Source of the DNA: Candidatus Omnitrophota bacterium
Lineage (GTDB): Bacteria; Omnitrophota; Gorgyraeia; Gygaellales; Profunditerraquicolaceae
Direction: 5' to 3'
NCBI GenBank assembly: GCA_016867175.1
Contig: VGKF01000001.1
Coordinates: 1 to 29,136 of the forward strand
DNA length: 29,136 bases
The notes beneath the pieces are model-generated. The model was not told the DNA's origin. It was given only the letters and a program-made list of their open reading frames with translations, and made no database searches. Shown here one piece after another: positions 1-8,918 of the stretch (positions are counted from its first letter, which is position 1; every line of letters starts with the position of its first letter). The translations under genes and the position numbers were made by a program.

Positions 1-37
1 AACATATAATCAGCTTTAAGACAAACATAATAAGCTT

Positions 38-967
38 ATGTCAGAAGAACCCCTAGCGGCTAAAGAGAGAATTCTACGCCCTCCTTTTTATCTGGTAAGG
101 GCGCTCAGGCTTCCTTTTGTAAGCGCAAGCCTGCTGCCTTTCCTCCTGGGGTCCCTTATAAATAAAGATGTCTTCCATTTTTCTATCTTCTTTTTAGGCT
201 TAACCTCAGCAATCTCTACCCACCTGAGCGCAAACCTCTTAAATGACTACGCGGATTCAAAGTCAGGCGTAGATTGGCAGGAGAGGCAATTTTACGGTTT
301 TTTTGGAGGCTCAAAACTTATACAGCAGGGTATTTTTAGCGAAAGGTTCTACCTGTTGCTGGGGGGATTATTCCTTGCTATATCCGCTGGTTGCATTTTT
401 ATTTTAACCTTTTTGCTAAAAGACCTAAGGGTCGCAGGTTATTACAGCATTATTATATTCCTAGGGATTGCCTATTCCCATAAACCGCTGCAGCTGGCTT
501 ATCGTTATTTAGGAGAGCTGGTAATATTTCTCCTCTTTGGCCCGGCCCTGGTTATGGGAGGGTATTTTCTGCAGACAGGGATCTTTCCTGATATAAAAAG
601 CCTCTTGGTTTCGCTACCTATGGGGCTATTGGTCTCCGGCATACTCTTTGCCAATGAAATACCGGATTATCCTCAAGATAAAAAGTGCGGCAAAAATAAT
701 TTAGTATCCCTGCTTGGTCCAAAGCGTTCATACCTAATATACCTTTTAATAAATTTTGCTGCATTTTTTACTATAGCTTTAAATATTAACCGAGGTTATT
801 TCAGCCGCTGGGCATATCTTTCCTTTTTGTTTATACCTCTGGTTTTGCGGGCGGGATTTATTTTAAGGGAAACTCAAGAAAAGATAAGGCTAGTAGAATC
901 TTCTAAAATAGCCATCGCTACGCATATCTTTGTAAGTATCTTACTGATAGCAGATCTTTTACTATGA
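38..967 (+). CDS. menA: UbiA-family prenyltransferase, MenA-like (1,4-dihydroxy-2-naphthoate polyprenyltransferase)
   Basis: 309 aa, multiple TM segments. Asp-rich motifs NLLNDYADSKSGVD and NEIPDYPQDKKCGK; N-terminal RALRLPF and GGSKLIQ are typical of MenA. Confidence 0.85.
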   Translation: MSEEPLAAKERILRPPFYLVRALRLPFVSASLLPFLLGSLINKDVFHFSIFFLGLTSAISTHLSANLLNDYADSKSGVDWQERQFYGFFGGSKLIQQGIFSERFYLLLGGLFLAISAGCIFILTFLLKDLRVAGYYSIIIFLGIAYSHKPLQLAYRYLGELVIFLLFGPALVMGGYFLQTGIFPDIKSLLVSLPMGLLVSGILFANEIPDYPQDKKCGKNNLVSLLGPKRSYLIYLLINFAAFFTIALNINRGYFSRWAYLSFLFIPLVLRAGFILRETQEKIRLVESSKIAIATHIFVSILLIADLLL

Positions 968-2091
968 AAAAAATATTGATTATAGGGGCTGGCTTTGCCG
1001 GCCTTGCCGCTTGCAGGATATTGAAGCGCATAAAAAAAGAAGCGCAGCTGGTAATAATCGATAAAAACAGCTATTCTAATTTCCTACCCCTGCTTCCTGA
1101 TGTGTTTGGCCGAAGAATTAACCCTGATTTTTTAGTTTGGCCCTTAGATAGGCTGGAGAAAGGAGGAGTCAGTTTTATAAACGAAGAGGTGCTAGCCTTG
1201 AATCTGGCTAATAAGGAGGCCTCTACTGTTAATAACAGGATAAGCTATGATTATCTGTTGCTAGCCTGCGGCTCAGAGACTAATTTCTATGGCAATGATA
1301 TGATCAGGCAGCGCGCGCTTAAGCTCGATGATGCCCATAATGCGCAGGAAATAACCGCTGCCCTTAAAAATAAAAATTTTGGCTCCTGCCTTGTTGCCGG
1401 AGGCGGATATACCGGCATAGAGATATCCTGCGGCCTGAGGGCGTATTTTGATAGCAGGGGAATGGATAAAAAAATAATTATTGTGGAGCGTGCCCCGCAA
1501 ATACTAGGGCCCCTGCCTTCATGGATGCGGGATTATGTATTGGAAAACCTAAGCAAATTAAATATCCGAGTATTGAGCGGAGTTTTTATCGATAGCGCGG
1601 AGAAAGATTCCATCCGCTTATCCTCCGGAGAGATTTTAGAAAGACCTCTCTTTATCTGGGCTGCCGGGGTTAAGGCCCCGGGCTTTATCCAGAATTTAAA
1701 TATAGAAAAAACCACTCAGGGCAGGATTAAGGTAGACGAACATCTCTCTTTTGCCCAGGGTTGCTTTGCAGCCGGAGATGTAGCGAATTTTTCTTATAAA
1801 GATAATTTTTTAAGGATGGCAGTGCAATTTGCCATAACCGAGGGGGAATTGGCTGCGCATAATATCAACAGCTCTATAAGGGGCCGGCCGCTTAAGAAAT
1901 ACAGGCCGCTAGATTTAGGATATGTCATACCTATGGCTAATAACCGTTCCTGCGGCAGGGTCATGGGTTTTGAGGTTAGGGGTTTCCTTGCTACATTCTT
2001 ACATTACTCTATGTGCATTTACCGTTCCTTAGGCTTTAAGAATAAATTTGGCCTATTAGCTGAATTACTAAAAGGAGGTGGCCGATGTTAA
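964..2091 (+). CDS. FAD-dependent pyridine nucleotide-disulfide oxidoreductase, type II NADH dehydrogenase-like
   Basis: Two Rossmann motifs (IIGAGFAGLAA, VAGGGYTGIE), IWAAGV and FAAGD motifs; 4-nt overlap with menA. Confidence 0.8.
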   Translation: MKKILIIGAGFAGLAACRILKRIKKEAQLVIIDKNSYSNFLPLLPDVFGRRINPDFLVWPLDRLEKGGVSFINEEVLALNLANKEASTVNNRISYDYLLLACGSETNFYGNDMIRQRALKLDDAHNAQEITAALKNKNFGSCLVAGGGYTGIEISCGLRAYFDSRGMDKKIIIVERAPQILGPLPSWMRDYVLENLSKLNIRVLSGVFIDSAEKDSIRLSSGEILERPLFIWAAGVKAPGFIQNLNIEKTTQGRIKVDEHLSFAQGCFAAGDVANFSYKDNFLRMAVQFAITEGELAAHNINSSIRGRPLKKYRPLDLGYVIPMANNRSCGRVMGFEVRGFLATFLHYSMCIYRSLGFKNKFGLLAELLKGGGRC

Positions 2092-2480
2092 ATCTAGGCA
2101 TCTTGATTCTCAGGCTTGGTTTAGGTATAATGTTCTTTGCCCATGGGATACAGCATGCTTTTGGTAAGCTCGGAGGCTCAGGGCTAGAGGGGTTCTCTAA
2201 GATGCTTTCCGGCCTGGGGTTCTCTCCGGCAATATTATGGGCCTACTTGGCAGCATACACTGCTTTTATCGGTGGGTTATGCCTGATCGCAGGTTTATTC
2301 ACCAGGGCTGCCAGCCTTGCCTTGCTTATCTTTATTATAGTGGCGGCAGTTAAGGTGCATCTAGCCAAGGGATTTTTTATCATGTCAGGCGGCTTTGAGT
2401 ATAACTTTGTGATAGCCTGCGGATGTCTGGCGCTTATATTTTTAGGAGCGGGTAAATTTAGCATTCTGGATAAATTTTAG
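2085..2480 (+). CDS. DoxX family membrane protein
   Basis: 131 aa, about 4 TM segments. LILRLGLGIMFFAHG, GLFTR and GGFEYN motifs. Confidence 0.85.
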   Translation: MLNLGILILRLGLGIMFFAHGIQHAFGKLGGSGLEGFSKMLSGLGFSPAILWAYLAAYTAFIGGLCLIAGLFTRAASLALLIFIIVAAVKVHLAKGFFIMSGGFEYNFVIACGCLALIFLGAGKFSILDKF

Positions 2481-2483
2481 AGA

Positions 2484-2840
2484 GTGGGAAAAAGGCTCAT
2501 TTTAATCTCGCTTATATTTATTATTACCTTTTACTTATCAGCCCAGGCGCAGGAAGATAAGAAAGAAGAGGCCCTGCCTTCTGGTATGGAGAAGATGAAA
2601 GTCGGACGCACAACTGAGCTGGTTGTGCCGGTAGGTACAAAGACATATAAGAAGGGAGACCTGGTAGTTTTAGAGAGCGCTGGCGAATATGTAGCCAGAA
2701 GATTTGCAGAGATGGAGGAGCGGCTGCTCAGGATCGAGGCAAGAGAAGAAGAGCTTGCAGAGAAGATAGAGAAAATAGATGCAATGTTTATTCAGATTCA
2801 GCAGGAACTTTTAAATTCGACAAAAGAACAGGAGGAGTAG
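2484..2840 (+). CDS. Hypothetical exported protein with C-terminal coiled coil
   Basis: Signal-peptide-like N-terminus (…SAQA|QED), Glu-rich heptad C-terminus, GTG start, tight operon spacing. Confidence 0.7.
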   Translation: MGKRLILISLIFIITFYLSAQAQEDKKEEALPSGMEKMKVGRTTELVVPVGTKTYKKGDLVVLESAGEYVARRFAEMEERLLRIEAREEELAEKIEKIDAMFIQIQQELLNSTKEQEE

Positions 2841-3310
2841 TGGGCGAGGTATATTTAACCAAGGCGGGTTATCAGAAGCTATCGGAAGAGTTGGAGTATC
2901 TTAAGACTACCAAGCGCAGGCAGCTGGCCAAGGCAGTGGGTGAGGCCAGGGCACACGGAGATATCAGCGAGAACGCCGAATACGATGCTGCTAAAGATGC
3001 GCAGGGGATGAATGAGAAAAGAATATTCGAACTCCAGGAAAAACTTGCCAACGCGCGCATCCTAGAAGACGATATGCCAAGCGATGAAGTGCTGGTAGGT
3101 GCCAAGGTCAAGCTCCTAGACCTGGACTCCGAAGAAGAGCTAGAGTATACGATAGTTTCTGAATTAGAGGCTGATTATACCCAGAACAAAATCTCTGTTA
3201 CTTCTCCTGTAGGCCAAGGCCTGTTGAACCATAAGGAGAATGAAAGCGTAGAAATAAAGATACCTGCCGGGATCTTAAAGTATAAGATATTAAAAATATC
3301 CAGGGAATAA
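2840..3310 (+). CDS. greA: Transcription elongation factor GreA
   Basis: YLTKAGYQKLSEEL, ARAHGDISENAEYDAAK and ISVTSPVG motifs. Confidence 0.97.
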   Translation: MGEVYLTKAGYQKLSEELEYLKTTKRRQLAKAVGEARAHGDISENAEYDAAKDAQGMNEKRIFELQEKLANARILEDDMPSDEVLVGAKVKLLDLDSEEELEYTIVSELEADYTQNKISVTSPVGQGLLNHKENESVEIKIPAGILKYKILKISRE

Positions 3311-3398
3311 GGCTTACCGCTGGAGAGCAGAGATTGTTCTACCTTCCGTGGCTGGCGGGGGACAATCAGCTATTTTGCTGTTTTCCAGCGGCCCTTAT
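3307..3398 (+). other. Long imperfect intergenic hairpin (about 92 nt)
   Basis: Pairings 3307-3312/3393-3398, 3317-3330/3378-3391 (14 bp, 2 GU) and 3332-3340/3359-3367. Confidence 0.6.
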
Positions 3399-3415
3399 AT
3401 AAAAGAAGGAAACTA

Positions 3416-3814
3416 GTGTACCGCAAATACTCAGGGCAGGATAGAAGGAAATATCAGCGCCTGGATCTAAATATCATACTAATCTACCGCGTCAACGAGC
3501 CTATCTTTGTGCGCATGCAGGTAGGGGATCGAGAGATCGAGGCGACCATGATTAACTTGAGTGAAGGCGGGATGGGCTTCCTGAACGATTATAATATACC
3601 CTTAGGGACTGAGCTTTTTATAAAATTTACCCTCTCTAAGATGGATAAAGAAGGCCATATTACCTTTCATGGACCTATGCAGATTATCGCAGAGGTGCGC
3701 TCTAATGTAGCGCAGGAGAAGGGTGAATACCGTCTAGGGGTTTGTTTTACCAAGATAAAATTACAGGACAAGGGCGGAATAACCGATTTTGTAAAGACTG
3801 CCCTGGGTCTTTAA
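3416..3814 (+). CDS. PilZ domain protein (c-di-GMP binding)
   Basis: RRKYQR (RxxxR) and NLSEGG ((D/N)xSxxG) motifs, YRLGVCF ending. Confidence 0.88.
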   Translation: MYRKYSGQDRRKYQRLDLNIILIYRVNEPIFVRMQVGDREIEATMINLSEGGMGFLNDYNIPLGTELFIKFTLSKMDKEGHITFHGPMQIIAEVRSNVAQEKGEYRLGVCFTKIKLQDKGGITDFVKTALGL

Positions 3815-3830
3815 GCAAGGAGGAGACATC

Positions 3831-4667
3831 ATGCGCTTGAAGTATATGGGCTGGCTGTGGTTAATCCTATTGTTTTTGGCGCCGGCAGCGTATGCCCAGA
3901 TAGAATCAGAGTCCTACATAAGATATCTCCCGGAACGCTCAGCAGAGACTATCTCCGGTAAGGTGGGGATTACCCAGGCAGAGAGCGAGTGCGCTTACGA
4001 ATATAAGGCCTTTGATAAGTTGCCGGTTAAATTCTCGCTGGGTACGCAGTATATCGGGATTAAAAATACTACCGCTGTTAAGTTGCCGGCGCGCTTAATC
4101 GGGCTGACTACAGACGTAGAAACTACGCTCCCTTTCTTTAGATTTGATAAGACCTATCTACGCCTAGGGATAAGCCCTTCTTTCTACGCGGATGACTGGG
4201 ATTTTCCTGCCTCTGCTTTTCGTATCCCGCTACGCTCGTTTTTAATATATCTACCCAATCCTCAATGGACATTTTTGGCCGGCCTGGCAGTCTATCCTGA
4301 TTTCGAAAGAAAGGTTCTGCCGCTCCTGGGCTTTATCTATAAACCCAACGGAAAACTCAGCTTTAATATCATACCTAAACGGCCGAATATAAATTATTCC
4401 CTGAATGAGAAACTCGCTCTTTTTATAGAAGGGGGAGCGGCAAGCAGTGAATTCGAGGTAGATAAGGGCGATGCTAAGAATACGGTACTGCTCTATAAAG
4501 AGAACCGCCTAGGCTTAGGGGCAAAATTCACTCCCCGGCCTAATATAGAGAGCTGTTTTTCGCTGGGAGGGGTATTTAACCGCACTATTAAATATAAAGA
4601 CAGCCTGGGTAAGGTTAATATTAAGGATGGAATGTATATAGAGCTAAGGATAGGGATTAAGCTCTAA
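3831..4667 (+). CDS. Outer-membrane beta-barrel protein (DUF6268-like)
   Basis: Signal peptide, alternating amphipathic strands, C-terminal ELRIGIKL, strong SD (AAGGAGG). Confidence 0.65.
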   Translation: MRLKYMGWLWLILLFLAPAAYAQIESESYIRYLPERSAETISGKVGITQAESECAYEYKAFDKLPVKFSLGTQYIGIKNTTAVKLPARLIGLTTDVETTLPFFRFDKTYLRLGISPSFYADDWDFPASAFRIPLRSFLIYLPNPQWTFLAGLAVYPDFERKVLPLLGFIYKPNGKLSFNIIPKRPNINYSLNEKLALFIEGGAASSEFEVDKGDAKNTVLLYKENRLGLGAKFTPRPNIESCFSLGGVFNRTIKYKDSLGKVNIKDGMYIELRIGIKL

Positions 4668-4675
4668 GATTCCTC

Positions 4676-4704
4676 TTGCCCCGTAAACAATTTTATGCTA
4701 ATTT
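4676..4704 (+). promoter_or_regulatory. Possible sigma70 promoter
   Basis: TTGCCC-17 nt-TAATTT with a TGn extension. Confidence 0.35.
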
Positions 4705-4733
4705 ATGAACATCTTTATTAAGAAGGAGTTATT

Positions 4734-4975
4734 ATGCGCGAGCATTTGGGGTTTTTAAAGATATCCAGCTTAGTGGTAAAGATAGCAGCCTGGGTCTTTT
4801 TGTCCCTTGGCCTTATAGGAGGAGTTTCGGTGATGCTCGGACTGGTCCCTGGAAATCCCCGCTGGATGGGCGGACTTGTGCTAGCTATGTATGTCTTCTT
4901 TTTTTCTTCTTCTATCTTATCGCGAATATTGCCGACCTGCTTATCAAAATTATCAACGAGATAAAAAAGGAATAG
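4734..4975 (+). CDS. Small 2-TM membrane protein interrupted by a 1-nt frameshift at T7 (4899-4905)
   Basis: SD AAGGAG. The called ORF ends at 4964; adding one T gives …FFFFFYLIANIADLLIKIINEIKKE* (80 aa, stop 4973-4975), which completes the TM helix. Confidence 0.65.
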
Positions 4976-4994
4976 CTAGAGGTTCCCAAAGGAT

Positions 4995-5633
4995 ATGGAA
5001 AAGACACGTAAGAAATATTCCCAGATTATCTTAATCGCCCTTTTGGCGGGAGTGACTTGCTTTAGCCTCTTTAAGTATTTTTATACCTTAAAAGAGAAAT
5101 ACGAACTTTCTAACACCCTAAACCAGATAAAAGAGCAGGTAGCGGCCTTGGAGGTCCAGAAGCAGGAGATTCTGCAGGGGCTAGAGAAAGAAAAGCAGCT
5201 AAACCTAGAGATAGCCCAGGAGAACGCAGGCCTTAAAGAGAATATAAAGGCTGCCCAGGATAAGATCTATCAGCTTAGCGCTGACATTGCCTATACCCAG
5301 AAGATTTTTGAAGACCTTAAAGCAGAGGTCTCTGTTTTGAAGGCGGAGAATATGGCGGTAAGTGAGGAGAATGTCAATCTGACCTCTAAATTAAGCCAAG
5401 TCTCGCAGGAGAAGGATGCGCTGGCCATGCGGTTGAGTTCTATCGCGGAATTAAAGAAGGCAATACGGGAACTAAAGAAGCAGATGCGCAAGGTCAGCTC
5501 AGAGATAAGCTACAAAGAGGCGGTTCGAGAAAAAGTCCTTGAGGGTAATCGCGGTTTCCTGCTTAAGAACGGCAAGCCTACTTATCCTACTAAGGTCAAG
5601 ATAGAAGTAAAATCTCTTCCCCTAAAAGAATAA
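4995..5633 (+). CDS. Membrane-anchored long coiled-coil protein
   Basis: One N-terminal TM segment followed by about 140 aa of heptad-rich E/K/Q/L sequence. Confidence 0.75.
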   Translation: MEKTRKKYSQIILIALLAGVTCFSLFKYFYTLKEKYELSNTLNQIKEQVAALEVQKQEILQGLEKEKQLNLEIAQENAGLKENIKAAQDKIYQLSADIAYTQKIFEDLKAEVSVLKAENMAVSEENVNLTSKLSQVSQEKDALAMRLSSIAELKKAIRELKKQMRKVSSEISYKEAVREKVLEGNRGFLLKNGKPTYPTKVKIEVKSLPLKE

Positions 5634-6079
5634 TGGATAATATATTAATCGATATAATAAAAAACAAGATCTTCATGACTACGCTCTCTGCCTGGGTAAT
5701 CGCCCAGAGTATTAAAGTCAGCATCGGAATTATAAATCAGAAGAGGTTTGATTTCCGTTGGTTTGTGGGAACCGGTGGGATGCCTTCAAGCCACGCTGCG
5801 GGTGCCTCCTGTCTTGCTACTGCGATAGGCATGGATTATGGCTTCGGCAGTGTTTATTTTGCCCTGGCTGCTTCCTTTGCCATTGTAGTTATGTTTGATG
5901 CGCAGGGCGTGCGGCGTTCAAGCGGCCGGCAGGCCAGGATCCTAAATAAGATAATGGATGATATCTATTGGAAGGGGAAGATGCACGAGGGTAGGCTGCG
6001 CGAGCTTATCGGCCATACCCCTATCGAGGTAATAGTAGGTTTTTTATTAGGCATAACTATCGCTTTAATAGCAAGATAA
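5633..6079 (+). CDS. Divergent PAP2 family protein (DUF212)
   Basis: GGMPSSH, VMFDAQGVRR and GHTPIEV motifs. Confidence 0.92.
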   Translation: MDNILIDIIKNKIFMTTLSAWVIAQSIKVSIGIINQKRFDFRWFVGTGGMPSSHAAGASCLATAIGMDYGFGSVYFALAASFAIVVMFDAQGVRRSSGRQARILNKIMDDIYWKGKMHEGRLRELIGHTPIEVIVGFLLGITIALIAR

Positions 6080-6091
6080 AAAGGGGGAAGA

Positions 6092-6910
6092 GTGAGTAAG
6101 AAATTAATATCTATCATTGCCGTAATTATTGCAATACTGCTGGTTGCTTTTTACGTATTCAATGCCAAAAAGATAAAGCTGCCTATGCAGTTAAAATCCG
6201 CTGGAGGAGTTTCCGTATCTGCGCTTATGAGTAAGGCCGTTGAGCTTGAAGCAGACGGTAACCTGATTGAGGCAAAGGTTATTTATCAAAAGCTTACTAA
6301 TGACTTTCCCGGCTCTAAAGATGTGATGAGCTGGCAGAAGAAGGCAGAAGATTTAAACATAAAGATACTCTTTTCTCCCGTAGTCACGGCCAAGTGTATC
6401 GTCTATACCATTAAGCCCGGAGATAGCCTGGCCAAGATAGCCAAGGAGTTTAAAACTACCCCGGAGTTAATTATGAAAAGCAATAATATCTCCGGAGAAA
6501 AAATCTTTGCAGGAAGAAAGATAAAGGTCTACAATGCCCCTTTTAGCATACTGGTAGATAAATCGCAGAATATCCTTATCTTAAAGAGCGACGAAGAGAT
6601 TATCAAGAGCTATATCGTATCAACCGGTGCCAATAACTCTACGCCAATAGGTACTTTTAAAATCGTCAACAAGCTTCCGAATCCTACCTGGTTTAAGGCA
6701 GGGGCAGTAGTTGCTTCGGGGAGTCCCCAGAACATACTAGGCTCGCGCTGGCTGGGGCTTAATCTTGCTGGTTACGGCATCCACGGGACTACCGAGCCGC
6801 AAAATTTAGGCAAACAAGCTACTCAGGGCTGCGTGCGCATGTCAAACCCGGAAGTCGAAGAGTTATATGCTATAGTCCCGGAGGGCACAGAGGTTATTGT
6901 GATAGATTAG
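6092..6910 (+). CDS. L,D-transpeptidase (YkuD family) with LysM domain
   Basis: N-terminal TM; LysM (YTIKPGDSLAKIAKEF); catalytic YGIHGT…TQGCVRM. Confidence 0.93.
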   Translation: MSKKLISIIAVIIAILLVAFYVFNAKKIKLPMQLKSAGGVSVSALMSKAVELEADGNLIEAKVIYQKLTNDFPGSKDVMSWQKKAEDLNIKILFSPVVTAKCIVYTIKPGDSLAKIAKEFKTTPELIMKSNNISGEKIFAGRKIKVYNAPFSILVDKSQNILILKSDEEIIKSYIVSTGANNSTPIGTFKIVNKLPNPTWFKAGAVVASGSPQNILGSRWLGLNLAGYGIHGTTEPQNLGKQATQGCVRMSNPEVEELYAIVPEGTEVIVID

Positions 6911-7861
6911 ATGAACGGACTAGATTTTGAAAAACCGGTTACAGAGTTAGAAAAGAAGATTCAGGAGCTGAGGTCATTTATCTCCGAGAAAAAGATAGAT
7001 CTTTCCTCTGAGGTAAGGCGCCTGGAAGAAAAGCTCGAGCACCTGAAGAAAGACACCTACGGTAATTTGACTGCCTGGCAGAGGGTACAGATCGCCCGCC
7101 ACCCCAAGAGGCCATACACCCTTGATTATGTCGGCGTAATCATGAAAGATTTCCTGGAGCTGCACGGAGATAGGGGCTTTGCTGACGATAAGGCCCTGAT
7201 TGCTGGTCTTGCAAGGATAGATGACCAGAAAGTCCTGGTTATCGGCCACCAGAAAGGAAGGGATACCAAAGAAAACCTGAAGCGTAACTTTGGCTGTGCG
7301 CATCCAGAGGGCTACCGTAAGGCCTTGCGCTTTATGCAAATGGCTGAAAAGTTTGATTTTCCTATAGTGATATTTATCGATACCCCAGGGGCCTATCCGG
7401 GGATAGGCGCAGAGGAGCGCGGCCAGGCTCAGGCGATCGCCCTTAATTTGAGGGAGATGGTTAGCATCACAGTCCCAATCGTAGCCATAGTAATAGGCGA
7501 AGGAGGATCAGGCGGAGCCCTGGGGATAGGAGTGGCTGACAGGGTCTGTGTTTTAGAGAATGCGTATTACTCTGTCATCTCTCCGGAAGGTTGCGCCGCA
7601 ATATTATGGAAAGACGGTTCTCGCGCCCCTGATGCTGCTGAAGTATTGAAATTGACAGCCGCAGACCTGTTAAAGATGGGCATAATTGACGAGGTAATCC
7701 CTGAGCCATTGGGCGGGGCTCATCATGACCCGCAGCAGATGTCCGCAACTCTTAAAACCGCAATACAAAAACATCTTAAAGGCTTGAAGGCCCTTAAAAA
7801 AGAAGAGCTCCTGGAATCAAGATATAAAAAGTTTAGAAGCATGGGCGTGGTGCAGGAATGA
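6911..7861 (+). CDS. accA: Acetyl-CoA carboxylase carboxyltransferase subunit alpha
   Basis: LDFEKP, ARHPKRPYTLDY, HPEGYRKALR, GEGGSGGA and YSVISPEGCAAILW motifs. Confidence 0.97.
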   Translation: MNGLDFEKPVTELEKKIQELRSFISEKKIDLSSEVRRLEEKLEHLKKDTYGNLTAWQRVQIARHPKRPYTLDYVGVIMKDFLELHGDRGFADDKALIAGLARIDDQKVLVIGHQKGRDTKENLKRNFGCAHPEGYRKALRFMQMAEKFDFPIVIFIDTPGAYPGIGAEERGQAQAIALNLREMVSITVPIVAIVIGEGGSGGALGIGVADRVCVLENAYYSVISPEGCAAILWKDGSRAPDAAEVLKLTAADLLKMGIIDEVIPEPLGGAHHDPQQMSATLKTAIQKHLKGLKALKKEELLESRYKKFRSMGVVQE

Positions 7862-8373
7862 TCGGAAACGAATTAGTGCTCCTGGGGTTATTGAAAGAGA
7901 GCCCCAAGCATGGTTATGAGATAAAAAAGAAGATTAAGGATATACTCTCTTTATTTGCGGGGATAGATCTAAAGTCCGTATATTACCCTTTAAGGATATT
8001 AGAGAAAAAAGGCCTGGTAGAAAAACATGCAAGTAAAGAAGGCAGAAGACCCAAGCGTTTTGTCTACGCCCTCACCCCTAAAGGCCAAAATCATTTCCAG
8101 GAGCTCCTCAATAAAAGTTTCCTTAATTTTAACCGGCCGCAGTTCAGCCTGGACTCAAGCCTTTATTTTTTAGAATATATAAAGCCTGCGATCGCCAAGC
8201 GCAGATTACGCGCGCGCACCCAAGTCCTAAAAACCCTCTCTGCTACACTTGCCAAGACTATAACCTCGTTAAGAGCAAAAAGGTCTTTTTCTTTGGTACG
8301 CATCCTGGAGCACGACCTGCAGATGATAGAGGCAGAATCCAGGTTTCTTTCCTCGCTGATCAAAACCCTTTAA
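7858..8373 (+). CDS. PadR family transcriptional regulator
   Basis: LLGLLKESPKHGYEI, SVYYPL and VYALTPKG motifs; ATGA overlap with accA. Confidence 0.9.
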   Translation: MIGNELVLLGLLKESPKHGYEIKKKIKDILSLFAGIDLKSVYYPLRILEKKGLVEKHASKEGRRPKRFVYALTPKGQNHFQELLNKSFLNFNRPQFSLDSSLYFLEYIKPAIAKRRLRARTQVLKTLSATLAKTITSLRAKRSFSLVRILEHDLQMIEAESRFLSSLIKTL

Positions 8374-8387
8374 GTTAGAAAAGAGGC

Positions 8388-8416
8388 TTGACATTTGCTT
8401 TTACGCAGGATATACT
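8388..8416 (+). promoter_or_regulatory. Sigma70 promoter of the marR-tolC-RND operon
   Basis: TTGACA (8388-8393), 17-nt spacer, TATACT (8411-8416). Confidence 0.8.
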
Positions 8417-8441
8417 TAATTATATTAATAATTAAGTATAT
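8410..8441. promoter_or_regulatory. Inverted-repeat operator, probably bound by MarR
   Basis: ATATACTTAATTAT-atta-ATAATTAAGTATAT, a perfect 14-bp inverted repeat overlapping the -10 element. Confidence 0.7.
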
Positions 8442-8465
8442 TGAATATTAGGGAGATTAAATATA

Positions 8466-8918
8466 ATGTCGGTTTCTCTGGTTGACTTTGCGGATAAATT
8501 GCATGAAGTGATGCCGGTGGTGATGCGGGAGTTCACCCACAGGCAGGTAGATGAGCTGCGTAGCGGAAAGATCACCCTTTCTCAGTTCCTCATCCTGGAC
8601 TTCCTGCAGCGATACAGCGCAGCACGCATGACTGATTTAGCTCGCTTTATGCAGGTGAGCACAGCTGCGATGACCGGGCTTGTTGAGAGGCTGGTTAATT
8701 ACGGCTATGCGGCCAGAGTTTTAAATCCTAATGACCGGCGTATCGTTAAAGTGCAGCTGACCCCTAAAGGTACTGAGATAGTTAAGAAGATATATCAGAG
8801 CAGGCGCAAGATGATTATGGATATCTTTGGAAAAATAACCCACCGGGAGCGTCAGGAGTATTTGAACGTTTTGCTGCATATAAAGGAAATTATTACAGAG
8901 GATAAAGGCAAAAAGTAA
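8466..8918 (+). CDS. MarR family transcriptional regulator
   Basis: ITLSQFLIL, AAMTGLVERLVNYG and DRRIVKVQLTPKG winged-helix motifs. Confidence 0.93.
   Translation: MSVSLVDFADKLHEVMPVVMREFTHRQVDELRSGKITLSQFLILDFLQRYSAARMTDLARFMQVSTAAMTGLVERLVNYGYAARVLNPNDRRIVKVQLTPKGTEIVKKIYQSRRKMIMDIFGKITHRERQEYLNVLLHIKEIITEDKGKK

Noticed and set aside
3307-3398. SRP (4.5S) RNA identity for the long hairpin (minus strand has CGGAAGG near the apex)
   Set aside because: The conserved CAGG/AGCA symmetric loop and the closing 3-bp stem are missing, and GU pairs favour the opposite strand.
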